A DNA stretch of 62,567 nt, counting the filler, from Hausera hauseri (Eukaryota): the NCBI GenBank assembly GCA_046269625.1. It is 11 parts of 11 records of this genome, joined end to end, with 100 filler letters (N's around TTAATTAATTAA, not from the genome) between each part and the next. Parts side by side here need not be neighbours in the genome. Positions count along the whole stretch, not along the records: positions 50,588 to 58,420 come from JBJURY010901980.1; positions 58,521 to 62,567 come from JBJURY010795201.1; 9 more parts are not named here. The stretch is one strand, 5' to 3'. The translations under genes were made by a program, and so were the position numbers. The notes under the pieces are model-generated. The model had not been told where the DNA came from. It saw nothing but the letters and a program-made list of their open reading frames with translations, and made no database searches. Positions 50,840 to 61,269 of this stretch are shown piece after piece (within the stretch, counting starts at the first letter, position 1; each line of letters starts with the position of its first letter).

Positions 50840-50980
50840 TGTGAGACGTAGAGATTAGGTCTGAGGTAAAAATTGTATATAAATTTGTCTGTGCACATAA
50901 ACTTATTACATATAAGTTTATGTACTTTATGTACACACACACATTTCTGATTGGACCTTTACCGGATTCCCTAACTAACA
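50840..50980 (-). repeat. Candidate 3' LTR of the BEL element, preceded by a polypurine tract
   Basis: Minus strand aaggaggaggaaatggtggggcccgat|TGTTAG...tctcaCA. Confidence 0.5.
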
Positions 50981-53900
50981 ATCGGGCCCCACCATTTCCT
51001 CCTCCTTGGGGTATTCCGGCTCATCAATTCGGCCTCTACAGCTTCTGACCATTTCAGTTCATTTTCTATTTTACATAACTTGTGCACTGGTCTTTTATAT
51101 GTTTCGCCGTTCAATCTTATTTCTACCACCCTTATAACGTTGTCTATCCCAGGTAAAACCTTTGTTATTTGTGCAACTGGGCAGTGATTTAACTTTTCAT
51201 TCTTCTCCAATAGCCAAGCTTTGTCTCCGATCTTCAGATCTATCTTTTCTCCTTTTATCCTCTCATAATTTCGCCATTCGGATACGAGTTCACTTCTCCA
51301 TCGATTCCAATATTCGTTGACTAACTTCTATACGTATCTCCACCTATCCGCCAAGCTGCTACTTCCTGTCTCAGTTATCTCCGATGAGATTTCACCGTTG
51401 TGTCCGGCTGTTATAAAATGGTTCGTGGTCAATATAACATCATTTTTGCAATAATCAACGGCTATTATTAATGGCCGATTGTTTGTCACTCCTTCGATCT
51501 TTATTAATAACGTTTCCAACTCCTCGTCTGCCAAGGAGATCTCCGGGATTACCTTATTTAGTGAGCTTTTTATCAATTTAATCATTACTTCATAAACTCG
51601 TCCAACGTAAGGTGTTTCAGGAGTGTTGAATATCCATCTTATTTCGGTGTCCTTCAGTTCCCTTTTATGGCTGTAGGTATCTATTTGAAATTAACACACT
51701 TCCCTGTTTGCTCCTATGAATGTTCCTCCATTATCGGAGGTTATCAATGAAGGTCTTCTTCTCCGACTTATGAAACGTTTGAGGACCTTCAAGGAGCAAT
51801 TTGTGTCCAATCCTGTCTACATCTCTACATGCACTCCTCGACAGAGCAAACATGTGATTAGACATATATACCTTTTTTTATGTGCTAAACCTCGCCTTTG
51901 TCGCGTTTTCACCGGTCTTGTGAAATCAATTCCGACTTTATCGAAAGCTTTAAGTGGTAGTTGTGACCTAAACGTCGGTAATGGCGCTCCTATCGTTCGT
52001 ATGCCCTTTGCATTTGCCCTCCTACAAATCTTACAATAGTTTTGATAAGCTTTGACTAACTTCTTCATCTTTGGAAACCAATACCTCCTACTGAATTCCG
52101 CAAATTGGTGGTTGACTCCCGTGGAATGCCGTAAATTTAGACGTGTGTCCTCGATAATTAGTCTTATTACGATGCTCTTTGAAGACAGTATTATTGGGTA
52201 CTTTTGTTCCCAATTCAACCACGAGGTTGTTGTTAAGCTACTGCTTGATCGAAATACCCCTTCATCGTCTAAAACGGGGTTAGACCTTGCAATAAGACCC
52301 CTAAGGCTAATATCCTCCTTGGATCGTAAATTTGTTATTTCTGTAAAGAATTCCTTTTCTTGGTCCTCCTTCATTATTTCCAACTTTGCCTTTCTTCTTA
52401 ACTCTACCTCACGTAGATTATTATTCTCCTCCTTCTGTACGAATTCCTCAATCTTTTGTCAAACCACTCTTTCCCAACGGGATTCTACACACTGTTCGGT
52501 GTCATTCACATTATCCTGTTTTCGGTAATCTCCTTCCAACAAATTATTTTTCCAGGACATCAGTGTGAAGGCGTCTTTCCTCCTTTCCTCATCCTTCGGC
52601 TTCGTTAATTCTCTTGGTTGAATAGGCCATTGGTCTTCTCTTTGTCTGAGAAACTTCGGACCATTCCACCATTATATTTTTTCTCGTAGCTCTTCAATGC
52701 CCAGTCATCTAGACAGGTAGTCCGCTGGGTTATATTCTGTTATATAATTCCATTGTCTCCCGATTGTTTTTTCTTGTATATATCCTTCTCTATTTGCAAC
52801 GAACGTTTTATAATACTTACTGCACCTTTTTATCCAATACAGCACGTTCATTCTGGCCGTCTAGTACTGTATATCTTTCTTCTTGTTGCCCAGTGTCTTT
52901 CTTACTTTGCTCCCCAACTTGACTCCTATACAGGCTGCCATCATTTCCAGTCTTGGTATGGCGACAAATTTTACCGGTGTCACTTTACCTTTCGAGCATA
53001 TGATCACTACTTTAATTTTCCCTTCTACTATCGACTTTAAATAAGCGACTGCTCCATAATCCCATCTCGAGGCGTCGCAGAAGATGTGTACTTTACTATT
53101 ATCGCCCTTTTGAAAGTATAAATATCTTGGTACCTTTATTGTACTCAGATTCTCCATTCCTTTTGTCCACATCTTTATTTTCTCACTTAAATCCTTCGGG
53201 ATAGTTTCATCCCAATTTACACTTATCATCCACAGTTGCTGCAGAAACATTTTCCCGAACAGCGTGTAACAACTGAGGAAACCTAACGGATCGAACACTT
53301 TCACTAATGTGTTTAATAATATTCTTTTAGTTATTTCTGATTCTTGTTTAGTACGATCCTCAAATTCGAATCTATCATCTTCGATCTTTCACTTCATTCC
53401 CAACGTTTTGGTAACAGCGTCCAACTTTTTTAATATTTTAAATTTCTTAGCTCGGTCCTTGGTAGGTATTATGTTCGTTAATTCACTAGAATTTGACACC
53501 CATTTATGTGGTTTCATCCCAGCATTTTCCCATATCTCACTTAACTCATGGCACAGCGAAACAGCTTCTTCTTCAGTGCTAACTGAGTCGATACAATCAC
53601 CCATGTATGTAGAATTCTCTATTGTTTCTACGGCTCTGAGGAAATTTTCTTTGAATTTTTCGGCGTTGTGTCTTGATGTCAATTGGGCCAGAAACGGAGA
53701 GTTGTTCAACACAAATACCAATAGACTGAACTGGTATGTTTTGAGTTTTCCCTCTTAATACCATAGAAATCACAAATATCTCTTATCCCCTTCTTTGATT
53801 TTAATCTGTAAGAACATTTCCTGTATGTCGCATATGACAACCCACGGTCGTTTTCTCATTTGTAATATGATGTCTAAAATGTCCAATGGTAACTTCCGGC

Positions 53901-55114
53901 CGGAATCCAGAAAATCGTTGAGACAATTTCCTCGATATTTCGAAGCAGCATCGAAAACTATCCTACATTTCGTGGTGTCTCTATCGGCTTTCATAACTGG
54001 GAAGTGCGGTAACAACCAAGCTGTATCTGGTTCTTCCTGCTCCTCCAATAATCGAATGTACCCTTCCTTGGTGTGTGCTTCTATCGCTTTTTCGTATGCT
54101 GCCTTTCCCGTCTCATCTTTGTCCAGCTTTCTGTTTAAGGTTTCCAACCTTTTATGTGCCATCTATTCGTTGCATTCCATTTCAGGTTGTATTCCTCCCT
54201 TCCATGGCAACGGCACACAGTATCTCTTTTCTTGATAAGTTGTTTCCCTTAGAATTCTTCCTATCGTCGCCTCGTCTAGTTCATTTTTCTTCGACGTTAT
54301 CACATCCGTATTAAACTCGACCTCCCATAGACGGCTCAGATCCTTTTGAATTTCATCTGTCCATGTCCAGAAAGTCCTTATGAAATTACTTTTATGCTTC
54401 TCTTTCCTTTCTTTATTTATCCTACGCAGGTCCAGCCTAACGGAGTTAATCGCGCTACCGGTACACCCCTTTTACTACATACCTCTTCGATTGACCTGTG
54501 TAACTCTAGAGTTTGCTCCAATAATACCATTCACTTCTAAGTTGCGCTGCAATGTGGGAAACCTTTTGTGCTTTAGATGGGGCCACCTTTGTTTTTCATT
54601 GGACCAATTCACTGCCCTCATCTTTCCAGTTGGATTTTTCATAAAATATGCCTAAAATTGTACTTTCAGTAATCGGTCTATGTTCATCAGTACCAATATT
54701 ACCCTATTAATAGACATCTCAGTCTTTTTTCCTCCGACGACCGTTATTGTTAATCTTTCCGTTTTCTTATCAACCCCCAACTCTTCGCATAATTTTGAAT
54801 CGACGATGCTTTCGGTACTAGCATCGACCAGTAGCAATATTGCTTTCTTTATTCTCGTCCCATTCTGCAACCACACCTCCACTGTTCTCAGTGCTACCAT
54901 CTCTTCTTCTTCGTTTCCCTCTTGAGAACCTTATGTCACATAGGTTCTAACACCTTTTTTCTCAATGTCTCTTTTCCTTTTTCATATTCTACCGTCCGTG
55001 GCAGTGAATCTTCTGCTGTCCTACGTTCTATGTTTTCCTGAGAACTTTTAATTTTTCTCTCTACTTCCTCTTAGTCACGAATGTTTTCGACCTTTTTCTT
55101 GTTATCCATTTTTC

Positions 55115-55265
55115 TATGTAGAAACCTACAATTATTACCATACTTACATTCCCCTTTTTCGAAGTACCAGCATAACCTTCTTTGATCGTCCTTGTTAGAT
55201 TGATGCCAGTATTTGCAATTCTTTCCGAATTTGTACTGTCCATTCTTATCAAAATTACAGCATCT
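55115..55265 (-). other. Two tandem CCCH zinc fingers in BEL Gag
   Basis: CNFDKNGQYKFGKNCKYWH (second Cys mutated to Tyr) and CWYFEKGECKYGNNCRFLH, i.e. C-x7-C-x5-C-x3-H. Confidence 0.8.
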
Positions 55266-56371
55266 CTGGAACTGATCTTCTCGCTGTATATTGTGGTGAC
55301 TAGATTGTACCTCCCTTTTAACTTCTCGATCTCTTACTTTGGAATTCATGTTCGCGTTATCTCTATTTACAGCCCGTGATCTTTTCGTAAAATACGATCT
55401 TCCATCTCCTATCGATGTGTATCGATCACCTTGGCTTGTGTTGACCGCTTCGATTCCTCTTACTCTCTCTCTATGGCATTCCTTCTAACCATCGTTTCTA
55501 TTTCGATCCAATTCTTCAATTCTATGACTGTCCTATTAGAGTTCTTCTGGATCACATACCTTTCCCATAGAAGCACGATTGATTCAGGAAGCTTTTCCAT
55601 GAGACTTTGATACAATAGCCCTCCATTAATTTCTTCCCTTCTCCCTAGATTCCTCAATTTTGAAATTATTCCTTCTAGTAACGCCACGAATTCACCTAGC
55701 CCTTTAATATCTTCCTCCTCTATTACCCGAAATCTTATGACTTCGGTCATGATCGCTGTATTACAACGTTTTGCACCTCCACAATAGGAATCTAATTTCT
55801 CCAGGGACGCTTTATACCCTTCTTCTCATAGGTCAAAATTTTCAATCAGCTTTTTCGGCTCGCCACATAAGCATTGATTCAGCTACAGTTGCTTGTATAT
55901 TTCCGACATTGAGGTTTTGTGGATACAGGTGTCAAAGGTCATTTTCCATTTATCCTATTCGGTAACTAGCATCCCAAACATCGGCAACTCTAATTTTTGC
56001 AACTTTGGCAATATTACTCTTTCCCTTTCCTCCTTTTTAGATCTTCCGTTGGCGATCATCATGTTATTTTTTCTTGAGCTTCTCTCATAGATGATCACGT
56101 TGATTTTTTCGTTCTGATCGTCTAGTTTTTCCATGTCATTCTCTAACAATGTGAGATTCTCCTTTTTTCTCAACTTTCTCGCCACGTTGACTAATATGCT
56201 CGTCTCTCATTGAAGCTCGGTAAACGACTTGTCATACTTTTCGTGATACATTTCGTAATCATAATTATACAAATTTACGTCCATTAACTTCCTCCGAATC
56301 GCTGAAAGGTCGTTGATGTACTTACGTTGCTCAGATATCCTATCTTCCAGTTCTTCTGCAGTTAATTCACT

Positions 56372-56599
56372 CCCACCTTTTAATTGCAGCCGCAAATGAA
56401 CATTTGAATCCTTTTGAATATAATATTTACTAAGTTTCCGAGAATACTTTAGTTGTTTTCCATTGTAAATTAACCGTTGTTGATTTGTTGGGATCCCTTC
56501 TCTTTCCTCGACAACCGACTTCAGTTCCTCTACTTTTTCCTACATTTTGACTAATATCGCAATTATTTTTCCCGAAATTGTCTCAAGAAATATCGCAAA
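56372..56599 (-). other. Ubiquitin/NEDD8-like domain (76 codons) fused in frame within the N-terminus of BEL Gag
   Basis: [75 protein letters not shown]; 36/76 ungapped identities to ubiquitin by manual count. Confidence 0.93.
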
Positions 56600-57224
56600 T
56601 TTTCCCTTTTATATTTTTGTTGCGTCTCCTTGCTGTAAATCCTTGAGATTGAGTACTTCTCTTTCGTCCTTTTTAAACGACTTCTGCAATATTTGTGACT
56701 TATTTCCTTCCAGTATGCAATCCTCCAATACCTTTTCCCATTTCACGCCGCTGATTTTTGGTTCTCGACCGATCCCTTTAACTCGAGGTTCCGCTGTTTC
56801 TAACTTCCAATCTCTTTTGAATTCCTGTAATACATTTAATATCCTGAGGTCAGTCGTCTCGAACAAGGACCTTTTGACGTATTTGCCTCTCCACACCGTT
56901 ACCACTAATTCTGTCAGTCGGTGTCTATTCTCTACGTCTTTAAAAACATAGACATTTTTATCTTTTCTTTTTAAATAATTATCGGCCTTGACGCAAGATA
57001 TTACAACTCCTGAATTTTGCGTCGCCTATGTGAGATAGTCACGATGTTTCATTTTATTCACTTCATAGTATCTCCTCATCGTGCATATTTTACATAATGT
57101 TCCCGCATTTATTTTAATATTTAAACGGAAGGAATAAGTTCCGAAAGCAAGGAGACAGATATGGATACTTCGAAAGAGTAATGCTTCACGTGGTCTGTGC
57201 CCGCGGATCACGGTGCAAAGCACA

Positions 57225-57242
57225 AACCACGCTCTGCTACCA
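57225..57242 (-). promoter_or_regulatory. Primer-binding site complementary to initiator tRNA-Met
   Basis: TGGTAGCAGAGCGTGGTT, a few nt after ...tttcCA and just upstream of the gag frame. Confidence 0.75.
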
Positions 57243-58859
57243 ACAAATGGAAATTCTATATAGAAAATATACGTTATATTTCTTTCGATGTTATTTTCCC
57301 CTTCACTCAAACAATACACCTGATTCATAAAATCGCGACGTATAATTTTCTTTATAAGTTTCTCTCTGGGCCCATTTCCTTTTAAACATTCTTGTTTTAA
57401 TACTGATTTACCTCGTCGATCACGCTTGATCGTCCAAAAAATGTACCTCCCAACAAACTTATTTCTTACTCCACCCGCCTTGACCTCCCCGTTCTCAAGT
57501 TCCGTTCTTCCCTTCTTCCATTCCTCTAGTTCGGTCTGACCAATGCACATAACCCTTCCATTAACCCCAGGCTTAAACCCAAACATGATCGCACTAACCC
57601 CATCAATCACTAACATAAACACACATGCACTCACACTTCGCTTGCAACCTTCGCCGACACCCCCGAGACAAGACAAAGGGAAAGAATGAAAACGATTATA
57701 ATGAACAGTACCTCTCAATTTGCACAGTATATCCAGTCCGTTCTGACGACTACCAGCATCATATAAATAACTACACGTCACCACTGAGAGATCACTGAAC
57801 AGATTCATTCCCAACGAGGTTCGCGAGTCCCACCGACAGGTCCATGATGAACGTCTCAAGGCGGTCGAGTATTTTTGAAATGCACGTCGTGAATAGTTAT
57901 ATCCAGCATATACATTGTTTGGATAAACGGTAAATTGATACACGACATCTACGGAAATCAAGTTTTGTTGTAATGACAATCTCGAAGAATATTGTCTATC
58001 TATTTTTGATGCAGGTTCAATCGCTTGCTCGACTTATTTCAATTCCAGAAGTGGGTCATATCATTATGGTTGATGTCAAATTCATCTTTTAGTTTCATCA
58101 ATTCGGTGACAGATTTACCAACGTCATCTAATTTATCATCGTTTTCCAAATAATCCTTTATTTTAGAACCAAATAATTCCAAAATTAATAGTTTCTTTGA
58201 GATCAGAGTAAACACCATCATTACCGACTTTCGGAATTTGATTTCAATATGATGTCTCATCAGTTTATTCACAATTTCATTAGATTTTTCTATTTTTAAA
58301 TGACATTAGGCAATTAACAGCTCTTCACAGATCTGAATATTCTGATCTATCATTTATTCTTAAGTATATTCCAAATTAACAATATTTCAAATTTTAAATT
58401 TTGAATTTATCAATTTTTAANNNNNNNNNNNNNNNNNNNNNNNNNNNNNNNNNNNNNNNNNNNNTTAATTAATTAANNNNNNNNNNNNNNNNNNNNNNNN
58501 NNNNNNNNNNNNNNNNNNNNTAGGTATGGATAAGAATATGTGCATCGCTTCGTTAGCTTCTGCATTGTCTACTTCATCTATCATGATCTGAATTAAGTCA
58601 ATCATTTTGTAATACTCATATAAGATGTCTTCTACTAGTGGATCTTTGTAGTCGCTTTGTCTTTATTTCGTTGATTATGCTTGTTAAGTGTTTGAATAAT
58701 CATACTTATGAGTTGGTCTGTATCCTTTATGCATTTCTTTCCTGTTGCTTTGGGTATATTTGGATGAACTCTGCGAATAATATGCCTTTAAATCCTGCAT
58801 ATCATCGTAATCGAAGTTGGTGTGATAGTTGTACTCTTGATCGATATAACTTTCCTGAA

Positions 58860-60880
58860 ATCTTGATAGGAAATCTGCATTAGCGTTAGCTTTTCCTTGT
58901 CGGTATTTTATTGAGATCTCTAAATCCTGGATTTCATTAATTTTCGACTGGTATCTCGTTGTTTCATTAGCCATTGTAAAGGTTTCTGATCAGTGTATAG
59001 AATTATTTATCGTCCAGTTATATAATGTCTGAAATATCGTAGGGCATATACTACGGCGTAGCATTCTCGCTCGATTTTTGACCACCTACGTTGTGTTTTG
59101 CTTAACGTTTTACTAAGGCATGCTATTATTCCTTCGCGTGGTTTGTTAGGAACCGATTGTCCTAAGACGGCTCCTATAGCATAACCACTGGCATCGGTCA
59201 TTATTATATAGGGATATTTGGGGTCAGGAAATTGTAATATTGGAGGTGAAGTAAGTACTTGTTTTAAAACCTCGAATGCTCTCTGGTGTATTCCTTCCCA
59301 ATTCCATGTTGTTAATTCTACTAATGGTTCAACTATACTTGCAAAATTATACACAAACATTTTGTAATAGTTAGCCATTCCTAACAGTCGTCGTAATTCT
59401 TTAAGACATTTGGGCGCTTTTAATTTCTTAAGTTTCTCTACATTTCTAGGATCAGGTTGAATTCCTTTACTTGACACTATGTGTCCAAGAAACGTGACGG
59501 TATTCTTAACAAATTCGCACTTTTTTAATTTGATCTTTAGATGAGCTTGCATTAACCTATCAAATACGTGAGAAATATCTTTTAAATGTTGTTCCAAATT
59601 TCCGGAAAATATTATTACATCGTTTATGTATACCATAAAACAAGTTAATCCTTGTAATACAAAATTCATACACCTCTGAAATGTAGCGGGTCCTTTTGTC
59701 AGACCAAAAGGCATAACATTAAATTCCCATAATACAGTTCCAGCAGAAAAAGCTGTTTTTTGTTTATCTTCTTCGGCAAATTCGACTTGCCAAAATTTAC
59801 ATGGTAAATCTAGAGTGGCAAATAGTGCAGCATTTCGTAAGGCCGTCAGCATTTCATCTATCTTTGGTAATGGATAATTATCTTTTTTGGTGACATTGTT
59901 TACTGCTCTAAAGTCAACGCGAAATCGTTGTGCTCCATCTCTCTTTTGTACCAATACTACTGGAGACGTCCATGGTGAGAAACTTGGTATAATAATACCA
60001 TGTTCAATCATTTGTGCTATTTGTTTATCACATTCCTCTTTATTGACTTCTGCCATTCGGTATGGATTTTGTTTAACAGGATATGTGTTTTCGGTAATTA
60101 TATGATGTTGAATAACGTTAGTTCTACCAATATCATTATCATTCATAGCTATGGTATCTCGATATTTGTGAAATAATTGCAGTAATTTTTTCAATTGGTA
60201 TGGGGTTAAATCGCCATCTTTAAACTTAATATTCTCATCTTCTACGAGAAACGTTGCAGCGCATACCTTGACTGGCTGTAATTGTCCTAAATTAAGATTT
60301 TGCCGTAATCTGATTTCTTTCTTATTAATGCTTTCTATTAGCAATTCCAAACATTGTACTACTTTTGGTACAAACAAAGGATATTGTAGTATATTATATT
60401 TCTCATTATTATACAAATTCGGTTCGAACATACAGGTTTGCTTGAAATATTGCGATGGTATTATTAGCATTACCACTATCTGTTGTTGTGGTTTAATAAT
60501 AACATCATGAGTCAGGGTCATACTAATTTCCTCAATTGGCAAATTGGTCATTGTGCATTTAAGGGTTTTAGTTAATAGATCCATTGAAAGTCCAGAGATT
60601 TGAGATAATACATCCATCGCTATTACCAAGGTACTGGTAATATTTTATCATCTACCACAAACAGGGTTATAGTGTATAAATTATAGTCAATTTTTATTTC
60701 AATATTTATTTTTTCTAAAAATTGTACTTGCATAGAATTAGCCGCTGCTATTACTACATCGCTTGGCATAATTTCTCCTTTTTGATCGTCCGTTAAATAT
60801 GAGTGTCGAATCACTGACACAGATGCACCGGTATCTAACAATGCCATTATGTTCAATCCACTAAATCGTATGGGAATATA
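58860..60880 (-). pseudogene. pol: aspartic protease, dUTPase-like spacer, reverse transcriptase, RNase H
   Basis: Motifs as above; a frameshift near 60625 splits the protease C-terminus (ILPVP / VIAMDVL). Confidence 0.9.
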
Positions 60881-61269
60881 CGGGTTATTTTCTGTTGTTA
60901 CTGTAGTTTGGTTCATAAAAATGAATTTTGTGTTATTTCGTCGATTCTCCGTGGTATTATATTGTCGGAGTACGTTTGGTGGATACGCAGCACTTGGTAA
61001 GCAGGAATATTTATCCGAATCTCTTATCATTGGGAGTTCGAACATGGACGTAGCTTTCATATCTTTGTGATCAAGATGTTCTGGGTATTCATATATAGGT
61101 TCGGGATTATGGTATGTTTGTGCTTCTGGCTTGAAATGTTGTCTAGCTTTCTTACTTAGCAATTTATATTTAACAAGATATTCCTCCACAGTTAAATTAA
61201 TAAAGGCTTGTAATTGTTGTTCCAATTCTGGGGCTAAACGAAATTCCTTTCTTAATTTATCAAATTCCT

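Larger units (their letters stand above)
50840..57707 (-). mobile_element. BEL/Pao LTR retrotransposon, near complete, decayed
   Basis: Gag DUF1759-like LPKLQKLELPMF; protease LLVDAST; RT LPHFPVMK..TTKCRIVFDAAS, DIQEMFLQI, YMGD; RNase H FDPLG..HIFCDAS..IPRLEM; integrase GIDF..ICLITCL..VHVE, SDNGGTF; C-terminal RWR..YWNRW. Boundaries approximate. Confidence 0.92.

Noticed and set aside
51716-54925. Plus-strand ORFs over the BEL pol, and similar antisense ORFs over other elements
   Set aside because: Shadow ORFs of the coding strand with no motifs.
50971-57028. Stop-codon reassignment or programmed readthrough explaining the many in-frame stops
   Set aside because: All three stop types occur along with frameshifts, and host genes end normally in TGA and TAA; this is ordinary decay.
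57225-57242. tRNA-Met gene
   Set aside because: Only the 3' 18 nt including CCA are matched; it is a primer-binding site with no cloverleaf.
57026-57979. 317-aa ORF as a single gene
   Set aside because: It runs across flanking DNA, the LTR-like block and the PBS; only the part after the PBS is plausibly the gag leader.
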